This document shows, in pieces, positions 1 through 13,453 of a stretch of DNA of 64,000 nucleotides. This DNA is from Pelomyxa schiedti. Taxonomy: Eukaryota; Protista; Evosea. The number at the start of each line of letters is the position of its first letter. Positions within the stretch are counted from its first letter, which is position 1. The notes beneath the pieces were generated by a model. It was given only the letters and a program-made list of their open reading frames with translations, was not told where the DNA came from and made no database searches. A program made the translations under genes and the position numbers. The stretch lies in assembly GCA_020536535.1 (NCBI GenBank), contig JAHLWZ010000068.1, positions 16,196 through 80,195 on the forward strand, in the 5' to 3' direction.

Positions 1-1222
1 CCTACATCCTGTGTCTCATGGTTTCCCCTGAGTAGAAAAACCTTGAACCGAAAAAGTTTTACATTACAAGAAAAAGTCAGAGAGAAAATACCTACTTCAG
101 TTGGATATAAAACTTTCAGACAAAGCAATAGAGTGATCGTTTCTATTCCGTGAGGACCTTTATCAACTAGAACAGAATGATGAAAATTAGTGCACACAAA
201 GTCCCTCGTAAACCAACCATAATCTCCAAGAAAGAGCAGCTTTGATGTAACGAGTTCCATGTTCAGAACACCGAACGTGTCTATGAAGTGCCGAAGATCC
301 TAGAGATGTTACTCACTGAGAACTGACACAGACAAAGAAATACTTTATAGTTCCCATGAAGGTCACCAAATAAAATGACTGGAGAAGGGATATTTAATAA
401 AGTTGGCTCACTTTGTAGAATAGGAAAGGCAAAATCAATTAACTGTATAATATCATTTGCATTCACTGGAGCCCCAGACCATCTATCACCGAGGTTAGAA
501 AATACTTTACGAACTTCAGTGAAAAACTGCCTGTGAGATGGGGAGCAGGGCTGAAAGACATAGTCAGGGTGAGGGAGAAAGTGGCTGACATGGTAATCCA
601 AAATTTTTTTTGCGAGACATTTGTGAGGCAGCAGCGGCTCGATAGGGAGGTTGCCCACTGATTCTCAACACAAACGTGCAGTGCCGTAAACAATGGTAGG
701 AAACGATGGAACATAATATGTAATTTACAATCACTACTACACACCAAGAGTGTCCTGATTATGTACAGCACTAGTCAGTTGTCTAGTGACTATTCCCTCT
801 CTTGTTGACTGGTTTAATTTAGTACAAACAGGGGAAAAAAAACCCAGAGAGTCACCTCATACACAATTGAGTCCACAACATACTCTATAAAGACCTTACA
901 ACCAAAGGGGAAAAAAGGGAGTAAGCCAACTTGGTGTCGAGGGTAAAAAGTAGTTCATCACCCCAAAACGAAATTGTCGTTACAATTCGCATACTATCAG
1001 TGATGTTGTTGGAAATGGGGCTGTGCCTCTGAATTCTATTGGAAGCCAATAGGGAAGAGCCTGATATACTTAGCTTAGCTCTGGTTGTTCTGGGTGGTGC
1101 CCATCATTGTAATTAGAACTAGAGTCCCGGCTGCCAATTGTTTGTACCTTGGGTTCTTGAGACCCTGGCTTGCCATCGATTGCACTGTTGTTGGGAGGGA
1201 GTTGAGTATCACCCCCGAGCAT
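1..1222 (-). CDS. Ser/Thr protein phosphatase, PPP (calcineurin-like metallophosphoesterase) family; 3' end runs off the window, start approximate
   Basis: Spliced minus-strand exons encode FGDLHG, FLGDY/VDKGPHGIE and VFLLRGNHE, which match the PPP motifs GDxHG, GDxVDRG and RGNHE. Confidence 0.85.
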
Positions 1223-1695
1223 ACAACTCCTACCGGAACTCAAGGCTGGTAAGAAGAGAAAGCTCAATGATGAGTTTCACGAAAAGACCTTTGCCTGTGC
1301 GAACAACGAAATAAATGAAACAGGTCAAGGCGGAGGTACCCCACCACCATTACCAACCAAACGCGTTGTGAATTATGGGTCTGCGTGAGGGGTGTGACTG
1401 TGAAACAGTTTAACGAGATCGGCGTGTACGAGTCGTTTGCCGAGAGATTACGTGTCGTTGATGTTCAACTCACCGCTCTCGTCTCCTCGTTCGTTTTTTG
1501 TTCCCTTTATTGTGTTGTGTTGGCACAACAGATAGTTTATTTTTGGTTTTTTTTTTTTTTTGTTTTTTGGAAGAATGGTAACAGGGGAAAACAAAAAGGT
1601 CGTTGCAGAGAAGAGCAGCCTTGTTGGTTGAGGGTAATGAAGATTTGGACTCTTATCAGACTACACAGACTTGTTTTTCTGGTCAAACGGCAACA

Positions 1696-2330
1696 ATGAG
1701 CACAAAACAAGGATGCAATGGGAGACCCTCCCTCGCAACAAACACGTGCGGCGCTTCCTTGTCAGATTCCATGGGCCCATCTTCTGATGCTGTGCAAAAG
1801 CTGGTGGAGTGGTCAGACTTGGTAACTCACAGCCTCATTCCTACGAAACGAACCTCATGCACATTCTGAAGGTATCCGGCGCGTGTGCCACTGCACATTC
1901 AGTGGATCAGGAGACTGGGGACATCACGCTTAGAGACACTCTGCATCATGACAGATATCACACTACAATGTTCACCAGGCCGAATTTTGCTTCCCAGACC
2001 TTGAGCACGAAATCCAAAATCAGAACTGTACCCAAAGGTACTGGAAAGAGCGTGAAGTTCGCTGCTGGACCTGGCAGTGATCAAGCCGGGAGTGCTGCCA
2101 AGCCAGAACCCACAGCAGCCAGCTCAACAGTTCCCGGTTTGGATTCCACCCCCGCCTACAAACAACCTAACATGAACACAGATGATTCTTCTCCCCATGC
2201 GAGTGTTCCAAAATCCAGCCGAGCGGCCTATGCTCGGTTTTTGAAGGTCTTTATTCTCCTCTTTTTCTTCACTGATTCAAACAAACAACAAGGCGCTGGA
2301 GAGCCGAACCAATCTCAACCTCGATGGCTG
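1696..2330 (+). CDS. hypothetical protein, boundaries uncertain
   Basis: ORF 1809-2474 has a plausible GT..AG intron after ARFLK that gives the C-terminus ALESRTNLNLDG*. No recognisable domain. Confidence 0.35.
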
Positions 2331-2465
2331 AAGTTTGGAATCGGAGCGGTGTTTACGCGGTTTGTGAATGTGTTTACAAGTGTACAAATTGGGGATAAAA
2401 AGCCATTTTGTGTAATTCTTTTGTTAGAGCATAACAAAACAAGTTTCGTATTGCTTTTTCTTTTG

Positions 2466-4425
2466 TTAGAGTAGCAAACAACCTTTTGCTTGCAAAGCAG
2501 GGCCATATGAGGCAAGCTTAAAAGCAGCCTCAAACAGGGAATAAACCCCTTGTCTTGTAAGTGCACTGCACTCCATGTAGAGTAGGTTGCCCATTTGCAT
2601 TGCCGTTTTGATTCCATCTTGGTATGTTAGAATGGGTTTGCCAGGTTGCCTCAGGTCTGTTTTTGCAGCAGCAACAATGCATTGGGCATTGGGGCAATAG
2701 TGCTGAACCTCTGGGTACCATTTTTCTGCTACATTGTAATAGGATGTTTTGTCATCCACGGAAAATATAAGAATAAACACATCAGTATCTATGTAGCTCA
2801 ATGGCCTCTGGTTTACAATTCGTGGTGAGTAGGAAATTTTTGTAACACACAAAATGCAAACCAGGCGATCAAACTTTGTTTGTCCTGAAGTGTCCCATAA
2901 TTGGCACATCACAACCTTCCCGTCAATAATCCTTTTCTCGCTGTAGTTGTCAAAAACCTGTGGGATATTTTTTCTTTTTTTTTCCTGGTTAAGCATATAC
3001 TACTTACAGTTGGGACATATTCGGAAGGGAATGTTTTCGTTGTATAAGAAATTAGCAGACAGGTCTTGCCACATGCATCATCACCAACAACCACAACTTT
3101 GGCAGTGGATTTGAAGGGTCTTTCAGCCGAATTCTTAAGCTTAATCAAATGTGAGGATATAAAAAGCCATGTGCGGATAATATACTGGATGAGTAAGCAA
3201 CCAGAGTGCAATATCCGGATTGCCAGAGGCAGTTTCCATTGCACTTTTGATTTTCAATTCATCATTTTGACCTGCTGCAAAAATGTACGGTGCTTGATCA
3301 GGGAACAGCTCCGTGAGTGCATGTCTGAAGCTCCCTGTTGAGGCTTCATTTACAAGTTGCACTGCTGGTGATGTGATGTTGTTTGCTACAGCATTTATAG
3401 CACGCAGCGCAGATATGAGAGACACGTGAGATTCTGCGGGCCCGGCACTGTGGCTGCGGGGTGGTCTTGGTCCCCTGGAATCTAGGCGTCCTCGTTCTTT
3501 CCTTGTCTCGGACTGCACTGACTCCGGGGGTGGAACTGCAGGGTGTGTCGACGAGGTGGTGGTAGTAACCTCATCACTGATAACGGATACAGAAATTGTG
3601 GGAGTTGGGTTAGTAGCAATGAAACGAGGGCTGTGCTGCAGTGCAGAAGATGCAGTTGTATCAGAGATGTCTGGCGATTGGATAGTTGCAGTACATTCTA
3701 CGCCAGTTGTTGAAAGTGATGGGGCTAATGGATTTGATGGTGCCGGACTTGGAGGTGAAACGGCAGGTGGAAGAATAGGCTCCGGATGTGTGGGAGTTTG
3801 TTCACTTTCTGTTTGGTTAAGGGCACTTATTGCACCCCTCAATTTGACAACAGTTCCTAGTCCAAGGCCCACCGCAAATAGATCCTTATCTCTCAGCCCA
3901 GAAACTACAGCCATAGTGTCAAACAGTTCTCTCTCAAAAACGGTCCAAACTTCTGGCATCCCCAAAGCTGCCAACCACTCATCAACAACCTATTTCTTAT
4001 TGTAAAACAGGGGAGAATGAGAGTAAACGAAACATGTCTACAACCAACAACACAAAATATAAAAAAGAAACCAAGGAAAACTTTTGCATTCCCAAAAAAA
4101 AGCTGGGGGAAAAAAAAAAAAAAAACCAAGAGAAAAAACAAAAACCCCATGACCAACCACACACCATAGTATTGATATCTGCAGCACCAAAAACATATAC
4201 AGGACGAGGAACCCTGGCCCTGAGGTCACCGAGCGCTGTCCTCAGCCTCACCACGTGCCCCCTTTTGACGTCCGGGTACATTGCCAGCCGTTCCAGGTCC
4301 TCGTCACTAATCCCGTGTGCCACGTGCCGCAGGTCGCAGGATCGAAACCCGGCCGACTCAAACGTCGGCCACAGCTCGCCGCACCCAATGTCCGTCAGCC
4401 ATTCCCCAACTGATTCGACCGCCAT
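2466..4425 (-). CDS. Rho/Rac-family GTPase fused to two N-terminal SAM-like domains, a Ser/Pro/Thr linker and a UBA-like segment; C-terminal CAAX (CLLL)
   Basis: GTPase motifs [35 protein letters not shown] and ECSAL. Phase-0 GT-AG introns join DINTM|[10 protein letters not shown] and LLTHP|[10 protein letters not shown] in frame. SAM-like segments are [23 protein letters not shown] and [27 protein letters not shown]. Confidence 0.85.
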
Positions 4426-4662
4426 TCACGGAGCCGACTCGACAACACCCCTCGATCCCCTTCTCCCACAATTGCAAACTGCCTGGCTCAGCGGCACCTT
4501 GTGAAGTGAAAATAACTGACCACTGACAATCCGCACCAAACGCCACACTGTTTTTTTCGCTTTCTTCGGCGGTGTTAGTGGAAAGTGATCATTTGATACT
4601 GGTGTGAGCGTTCATGTGGGGGACTGGAAGGAAGTGCTTGAACTGAAATGGAAATTCTTTAA

Positions 4663-6266
4663 CTAATTTGACTTTTTTGGGGTGGGTTTTTGTTTGTTGG
4701 TGGGTTTGGTCTTGGAGGCAGTGGTATTTGGAACTTTTTCTTGCTTTTTGGGAAGGGGCAGTGTGAAAGTGGCACTTGGCTCAAACCTGGTCACTGAAGC
4801 CCATGAAAGACATGGTTTAGAAGTGGTCCCCCTTTCCATTGTAATCCCCAGGGTAGTGTCTGGTTCGGGGTCATTTTCCATTCCAGGGACTGATGTTACA
4901 TGGGTTCCAGTGAGTTCACTTGGGCTTGCATTTGGTGGGTTCTCGGGTTTTGGTTTCCGCTTAGTAGTTTCCTTTTTGGCAGTCACGGGTTTCTCTGGTG
5001 TGGGGTTCTCTGGCACGGCAACTCCCTTGGTTTTAGATTCTGGGTGTTTGGTGGTGTCTGAAGTTGGCGCCATTTTCTCTTTGGTGGGGGTTGCTTGAGA
5101 AACGGATTTTTTGGGCCCTTTCCCCTCTGTCATAGTTGGTGCTGCTTTGACAGGCTTTGATACACTTTTCTCTTCAGTGGGGTGCACTGGGGCAGTTTTT
5201 GTTGGTGGAGCTTTTGTGAACTCTTTAGCTCCCAACTTGGCCTTATTCTGTCTTGTTTTGGCTCCCATACTAACTTCTGTTAAGTGTTCTTGTTCAGGTT
5301 CGGGTTCCATCTCTTCATCTGGAAAAGATTCAAGCTCCTCTTTGATGGCCTTTTGGTTTCGTGTGGCTGCTGGTTTCGCGCTTAATGTTGTGGATGAACG
5401 GATTTTTTTAGAAGGTTGTGATTGTGGAAGTTCATCAGCACCTTGTTCATCTGGTTCTGGGTTGGTAAAAGATGATTTGAAGGAACGAGAGATTGATGGT
5501 ACTGTGGTGTTCTGTTGCCTAACTGGGTCAGTTTGGTTGGAAGGCTCGGGTATTTCATTTGCAAAAACGATTTTTGTTGGCTTCGTCAGATAGGCCAAAT
5601 CAATAATAGTCTGCGCCACATAAGCCAAGGCGGATGGGAAATGTTTCTCACACTTTATTTGTTGTCTTGATTCTTTCAACTTCCGGCTTCAACCACTCAG
5701 GTACTTTTTCTTCGGGTTCTTGGTTATTCAGTGATACTTCTTCCCGCACATTCCGAAGTTTTAACCTTTGAAGTAATATGACTTTTTTGTCATTTAGTTG
5801 CTAATCACATTGTAACCTCTGTGTATACTGAGGAGTGGCTCTATTCACTAATACCTCACTGCCACAAACTGTTGGTGCACTGGCATTTATACGCTCCAGA
5901 CCTAACAAATTAATTAGAAAAAAATGACAACAGGGAAAGCAAAGAGTACAAGCAACAAAATAATAGATAGCAGATAGATTCCCTACATGTTTCCACGTCC
6001 ACCTCTGGCCCACCGGTGGCCGCCAAATCGAAAAACGCGAAACCACGTGGAACCCCGTCGTCGTCCACGGGCACGTCCAAGTTGGACACCGAGCCCCACT
6101 TGGAAAAGGCTTCCTCAATCCCCCCCTTGAGCGTGGCGACCGTGTCCCACCCGTGTCCCGTTGGGGTCCTCAGTGGCCACATTGGGGGTGGGTTGTTCCT
6201 CCTGACGTGAAGCCGAAACCGAGCAGCAATGCACGACGTCGAAGCCGTCGCCCTTGTCGCCGACAT
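4663..6266 (-). CDS. RRM-containing protein with Lys/Pro/Thr-rich tail, NOL8-like architecture
   Basis: RNP1-like RGFAFFDL, then LVNRATPQYTQRLK after splicing, then a long low-complexity exon (ORF 4663-5679). Confidence 0.6.
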
Positions 6267-6346
6267 TCAATCGGTTTTTAATTTCTTGCATCTAGCATTG
6301 CGTGCAACTGTGGGATAGAACGGAAATAAAAGCTATTGTTGACTTC

Positions 6347-9300
6347 TTAGGGGTTTTGTTTTGGGTGTTTCTTGTTTAGACGGAGGAGGGCTTGCTGCAG
6401 TTGGTGTATTTCTTCTTGTTGCTGTGCTATTGTCTGTTGCATTGATTGGATATCTGGAAGCAGTGGAGGGGAAGGTGAAGGTGCTGATGATGCAGAGGTG
6501 ATGAGTGGTTGTGAGAATGGCTGAGGAACACTGAGTGTAACCACCGTGCCACAGCACGGGCATGTGCAAGAACACCACAGCGATGTTGTTGGTGTTGCCG
6601 CTGGTCCCTGTGATGGTGATTGTGAAGGCGGTGGTGAGGGCGATGAGAATGCCGGGAGTGCCGGGAGTGTGAGGACTGGAGTGGGTGATTTGAGCGGGGG
6701 GCTTGTGCATTTCTGTGCGAGGGATGTGGTGGTGGGAGGAGGGAGCACCGGGATGGATGGAATTGTGGGTGACAGGTCGGTGAGTGAAAGCGACGGCGAG
6801 GACGAGCTGAGGCCTGGGGACTGGGAGAGGGAGAATAGTACCGGCCTTTTGGTTGGTGATACAACCTAATAGATAGATTGTTTGATTGTTTGTAAGAAAA
6901 GATAGTAAGTGATGGAGGCTCACGTTGAGAAAGACTTCTGAAGTAGTTAGAATATCCATTGAAGGTCTGAGGTCCGGATCTTTTGAGAGCGTCCACATCA
7001 CAAGGGTACTCTATTTGAATTGTTTGTTTTGCGTCACCAGATTAAAGGTAATTACCTCTGATGGGAAATTGGACGAAAAAAGAGGAGGTATTCTCCCGGA
7101 TAAAGCATCACTCACCAGATGAGCTCGCTCGGCAAATGTATCGTAGGGGTTATACATCTCGAATAATATCATGCCCAGGCTTCAGCTCTGTAAGTTTCAA
7201 AGCTGCTTATAAGTTTGAATGTGGTGCGTTTTCACACCTAAAAACATCTGTTTTGTTGGTGTAGATTGAGTTCTTTTGCTGCTCTGGTGAACAATAAGGC
7301 CATGTGCCTACACCTTTTGTGTGTCCCACAGCTCCACTCCCAGAACTCCCTGAAGTGAATCAGAGAAGAAAAAAAATAGATGAACCACTACTTATATCCA
7401 ACTCGCAGGTAAATTCTGTTGCAAGACCAAAGTCAACCTTTAAAAAATTAAGGGGAGGGAAGAGATAAGTAAAAACTAACAATTTTGGCATTCCCCCTGT
7501 GTAGAATGATATTGGCTGGCTTCAAGTCTCTATGAATAATTCCTGAAACTTCTTAAATTGCAATTGACCTACAAGGTACTGACCTTGAGAATGTATATGC
7601 TTTAAACCTAGTGATACTTGCTCGAAAACCTTGGCTCATATTAAGGAAACACTTGAAGGCAAGTAAAAACGAGAATTACTTGGGAATTGAATTGAGGATT
7701 AAGCTTTCGGCCAGGAGATGACAAAATTTGGCTGAGAGTATTTCCAATACAAAGTTGCATTTGAATATATAGTACATATATGACACGTTTATTGATAGTT
7801 GCACTACTAGTGCTGGTGTTACTAGTTGCTGATGAATCTCTCGTCTTCCGTTTCTTCCATAGAATCAATTGATTTTGGGAGTGTGCTTCTGTAAATATTA
7901 TACGTCACCTTCTTGAAGTATTGCATTAATCAATAATACCTACTGATTTGGTTTTGTTTCTAGTAGTGTCATTCTCCCATTCATTGAAACTTGTATCATT
8001 AGTATCAATATCTTGGAACACAGCCCTCCGACTTGGGTGAGGGGATCCTTCCTCACTTTCTGGCAAAGTACCCAATTCTGAATCTGGTTGGTATTGATTA
8101 TCTGTCTCCTGTTCCTCCTCTTCCTCTCCCTCTCCCTCGCCCTCGCCCTCGCCCTCGTCCTCGTCTTCATCCTCATCCTCATCCTCATCCTCGCCCGCTT
8201 CTCCTTCATTGGTTGTGTTGTCTACATCCTGGCACCCACTACAAATATCACCTTCGGAAGCAACGGGTACACCATCGTCTGTTGCCTCAGTCAGGTTATT
8301 TTCAGATTCTTCACCAACACCTAGAGGATCGTTATCCAAGTAGATTAAAAAAAAGTACAGACTCTCATTCCCAAGATCAGATTTAACACTTACAGGATCG
8401 CAGGTTGTTGTTTTTGTAGAAGGTAAACCATCTGTGAGTTCTTCAACACACTCGGTGCCACTGTCGACAATCGAGGAGGAGTACCTAATTTTTTCAGTGC
8501 TACTTGCAAGAAATTAGAATTACCTTTTTTTAGCCAAAACATCAGTACACATCACTTCAAACCATGAGGCATAATACCTCACAACGTTTGGGTGATCAAG
8601 CCGAGCGAGAGTTCTAACTTCTCTCAGAATCTAGAGAATCCAGAAAGTAAGAAATAGACTTTTTGTGCTTGTTTGCGCACCTTTGAGAGAATTCGGGGCA
8701 AGTCCCCTCTTGGTAAGAACTTGATTTGTTTGCAAGCATATTCAACACCATCAAGCCTGTGCCTTACCTTGCTTGCATTTGAAAAGGACTAATTTTCATT
8801 TGTTTACCTTGAAAACTAAACTTGGTCAAATTGAAACCACCCAACTCCAAAAACGGAACCTGCACCAAATCCCCCCTGGCCCAGACAGTCTTGTTGCATA
8901 AATTCTCGAGTGTACCTCCCCTGTTCCACCATGTCGTGCCTGAATTGATTACATTTAAGTTCGTTTGGCTTGTTTTTGAAAGCTCATACAATTGAAAATA
9001 TCTTGCATCATCACACAATGACCAAGAGGTGGTCGTCCTCTTCCAATTCTCACAGAAGCTGCCACAATCAGGCTACAATGGTATAAGTAAAACCCTTAAT
9101 TAAGAATAACACAACCAGTGACGTTGTTGGTGTTCCAGGAGTTAAAGTTGGTGAATCAAGTTGTAGCATATTCGAAACACCCTCAATGAAGTCAGTATGA
9201 AGCCTATGCAAGTGCGGTAATATTTGGAACAATTCAGTATTCACCACAATCTAAAAAAAAGTTAATGCACCTAAATTGGGAAACCAGGAATCACAAACTC

Positions 9301-9610
9301 TATTGTGAAATAATTTGTTGTACAATTGCGAGAGCAGAAAGTCCAATCTCTTCTGATCACCCTCCATAAAGATCATTCCCAACAGAACCACAACATCCCC
9401 TGGTACCATATCAATAAATTCAAAAAAAGGGGGATACCAACACACACACAACACAACACTAGTCCGTAAACAAAATAAAAAAAAAAAAAAAGACGGACTT
9501 ATGGGAGCAGCGTCGAAACTGCCATGGACAACCACGGCCGAAGATTCTGTGCTGACCTTTGTCCTCGTAACAGCGAGGCTTGTCGAGTCACCCCCTCGCT
9601 TTGATGACAT
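6347..9610 (-). CDS. eIF2-alpha kinase (HRI/GCN2/PERK-like) with long acidic kinase insert and C-terminal coiled coil
   Basis: Motifs RYTREF..LGQGGFGAVFKVRHRLDGVEYACKQI, ILREVRTLARLDHPNVVRYYASW, LYIQMQLC, IIHRDLKPANI, VDFGLA and GVGTWPYCSPEQ. E/D-rich insert at about 7930-8340. Confidence 0.88.
8115..8196 (-). repeat. coding hexanucleotide repeats (GAGGAT)n/(GAGGGC)n encoding EDEDED-EGEGEG in the kinase insert
   Basis: tcctcatcctca... and ccctcgccctcg... tracts on the + strand. Confidence 0.8.
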
Positions 9611-9954
9611 TACCTTTTTATAAAAAAAAAAAAGCGAAATGAAGCCTTTCGAACTTGTCTAAACGAATCAACGAAAAATGGCCTGTGGTGGGGCCACAGA
9701 GATCTGGAACTGGGAATCTCGCATGGAGAGTGTTATGTTGTGAAGTGGCGATGAGAGTGGGACTGAGATCTTTGGGTTTCCAACAGTCTTTTTCCAAAAA
9801 AAACGAGGAAAAAAAAAGGCCGATAAAACAAAAAAAAAAAAGGCAGGGAATTCCGACAACACACGCTGCCTCGTAACACCCCAAAAAATAAATAACAAAT
9901 AAAAACGCACAGCAGTAATTAAAACAAAAGGGGGGCAACAACAGTAGATCGCAT

Positions 9955-11321
9955 ATGGGTCAACTACTCAACCACTTGAACCACCACCACAACGCCGCCC
10001 AGATCTTCCTCGACTTCGACAGTTTGTTTCTGTTTCTTTTTCCTCTCTTGCATCTCTCTCTACATTCTCTCGTCTTTGTTCCTCACGCAAATTAGACGCC
10101 GTACCGTCACCACAAGAGCAAGACTTATGGAATCAAATCCACCAAGTAAAACGCTGGAATTACCTCTCCGTTAAATTAAACAACGACCAAAGGTGTTGCA
10201 ACAAGGACCAGCACTTTTGGACAAACTGAGGAAGTACACTGGGTCAGACACGTGGATTCGTGCTGTGTGTTTAATTCAGTTTTCTCCCCTGTGTGACTTG
10301 TTCAAAGGCCATAACCAACCCGTCGCCTGAAAACGACGAAATTGCATGGAACAAAGTTCTCCCCGGGGTGGACCAGCTCCAGGAATTCTACGATTTCTCT
10401 TTGCATCTTGGTAAGACATTTGAGAAGCGTCTCAAGTTCCTAACAGCTCCATGCAGAGCAACTATTCCCCAAGCTCATCGTTGCACTGTGCAAAGATGAC
10501 CCGCGGTCGAATTTAGGTAACCAGCAGGCACTAGCAAAACAACTTGGAGATGTGTTTGATTTTGTTTTGCGGTTCGATGACGCCAAGGTGCGTTGTGGAA
10601 AGAACAAGTCCTTCGTTGGATCTTATGCACCATAGATGATAAATCCGGCAATTCAAAACGACTTTTCATATTACAGACGAACACTAAGTAGAATGAAGCT
10701 TGCCAAAAAGGATGCTAACATCAAGGTGACTTTCTTTTTACCCTTCTTTGGGAGGGTATTAACGAAATAAAGGTCAAGGATGAACTTGCCAACAAGATGT
10801 CTCTCTTCTTTGCTTACCCCACTCCTATGATGAAAGTTCTCTCAGAAACGACTGCCAAGTTTCTCACCACCCCTAACTGTGGCGTCACTGCCGAGAGTGT
10901 GACAATCGCGCTTTCATATATGGCAAACATTTGCCTGGACATGGTTGAGAAGCACAGGTTCTTGTCCCTTTTTTTCCCCACCAAGTATCCACAATTACCT
11001 TCAACAAAATAGGTTTACAAGCAACGAAACAAATATGTTCTGTCTTCGTGCAATGACCGGAGCCACAATTCTTTATGATCACATTGCACCCACCGGTGTA
11101 TTCACCAAGCGTTCCCCCGTCAACGTACTTCCCCTTATCCCTTTCTTTCTATTACCTCTTTCACACCCCACTCACCACCCACACAGGTCAGGGGAGTCAT
11201 CCAGGCTCTCAAGACCCACCCGGAAGGTGGCACAGACGGACTCATCAACGCCCTCCGCTTCACAACACTGCACCTCAACGACGCCGATACTCCGACTCAA
11301 CTCAAACAATTGTTGGCCTAA
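9955..11321 (+). CDS. CYRI: CYRI / FAM49 (CYFIP-related Rac1 interactor), 9 exons
   Basis: MGQLL.. N-terminus; motifs IFLDF, LRFDDAK|[46 protein letters not shown] and [14 protein letters not shown]. All eight GT-AG introns restore the frame. Confidence 0.93.
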
Positions 11322-11414
11322 AGTGCTTATTGTTGTGTGTTCCCCTTTGTTGGCAAAGGAAAAAGCTGTGAAGAAATGCAAAGCCCACACTCACCCACAA
11401 CACGTGCAAATCAT

Positions 11415-13411
11415 TCAAAGCCCACGGCCTTCTATGTCCACAAGGAATACACACCTTTTTAAATAGAAATAAGGAATTAATTCTTTGGTGTTTTTTTTTT
11501 TTTTGGTGTTTTGGGAAGTACATACGCGTTTACAACGTAACGGGCTTGCCCCTCACTGACCCACCACTGTGTATCAATGTTAAATATTATTTTGTTCTAT
11601 GTGTGAGGGCTATACATACATTTGGGTAGAGTTTGGTGAACCCGGTATCCACTACAAGCCGGCCTCCTTGTTTTGAATAAGAAAAGTGGGTACAGGGAAC
11701 TTTGTTTTTTTGGGAGGAACCCACCTGTTTCAGAGCGGTCCATGCAGCATATTACTGGCATCCCGTTGGAGGATGTTGCTACTACTTGTAATTTCCCAAC
11801 AGTCTCAGGGGCTCTGTGGGCAGAAGAAGTAGGCCACGCTAGTTTGGTGTTTAGAGAACAAATTGAGTTTGTTGTACTCGTACTGACTAAGCCAGTAGCA
11901 GTGTCCACTGGATAGCAAATCTTAAAGAAAATAAGCAATTGATTGTGTCATTAGACACGCTAATTGCATACCGTGTGCCCCTCATAAAGATAACTTATGC
12001 CAGCAAATAGAGGATGATCGGCACAAAACTCTCCAGGTGTGCAGGAATTCCCATAAGCCATCACGCGCTCACCTTGAGTGTTTCCTTCTAGCCTAGCACC
12101 GCAAAGAGTCGGCAGTAGAATATTAGCTTCGGCAAAATATGGAGCGTTGTCTCCCCAAATCTAAGTACAGAATGTAACAGGAATCGTAACGAACGAAAAT
12201 AAACCATTAAACCCCGTTTTTTCCTGTGGAAGTTAAAGATTGCTTCTGGAAATTCGTTTGATGGGGTGCATAAAGTCGAGTCAGAAATAACCCATGCAAC
12301 GTCAAACTTATCAGATTTAAGAGCTAGATTGATATTACTAAATGCAAGGCAGCACTATAGTACAATCACCTCGAATAAAGCCGGCAACGTCATTTTTGGG
12401 GAAAATTGAAAGGTTGAATCCTTTCTTTCGCAGAGCTGGTCTGTTCTTGATCACTTTTTGATGAGTAGAAGAAAACATACTCGAATGTATTTGAGATAGT
12501 CTGAAGGTCAAAGCTGGAGAAAATAGCAACATGAAAATCTGAGAATGCTCCATCTTTACCCAAATCAAGTCTGTACAAAAAGTAAATAATACTTGAATAA
12601 ATGCATCACATACTGGTCTTGATTGCTGTTCCCATAGCCCTTACAAGCCAGCTCCTATTTGGGACATCACAAATAAACCCAAAAAAAAAAAATGCAAGCT
12701 ATGAAGTGTGTTGTCGTTGGTGATGGCGCTGTGGGCAAAAGTGTGTTCTTTTTTGTTGGTAATGAAATGTGGGTGACGGCAATTTGATAGGTTGCTTGTT
12801 AATCTCGTATACTACAAACGCTTTCCCGGTCTGTCTAGAATCTCCCCTCCCACAATTTCCAATCAACTGACATTGACATTATATCTACTGTAAAGAGCGA
12901 GTATGTGCCAACTGTTTTTGGTAAGTTGTGATTGCACCCAGCGTGCACAGCAGTTCTCATTTTTTTTTTTTCCCCCACGTAGATAATTACTCTGCCAATG
13001 TTATGGTCGATGGAAAGGTTAAAAAAAAAAAAGAACTCATCTTGAGAATTCTCTTCTAACTTTGTCCTAGCCAATAAACTTGGGCCTTTGGGACACTGCT
13101 GGACAGGAGGACTACGATAGATTGGTAGGAATTACTGGGGGATGGGAATAATTATAAAAGGGAAGGGAAACTCACCCACAAAAATCTGCTTCACTAAATA
13201 ATGGCTCCTCAGAGACCTCTGAGTTACCCACAAACGGATATATTCTTAGTCTGCTTTTCTTTAGTCTCCCCACCATCCTTTGAAAATGTGCGGGAAAAAT
13301 GGGNNNNNNNNNNNNNNNNNNNNNNNNNNNNNNNNNNNNNNNNNNNNNNNNNNNNNNNNNNNNNNNNNNNNNNNNNNNNNNNNNNNNNNNNNNNNNNNNN
13401 NNNAAAAAAAA

Positions 13412-13453
<42 letters not shown>

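Noticed and set aside
12614-12635. ATG at 12635 as the start of the minus-strand gene (56-bp bidirectional promoter with Rac)
   Set aside because: That ATG is out of frame with the DLGKDGAF exon after splicing.
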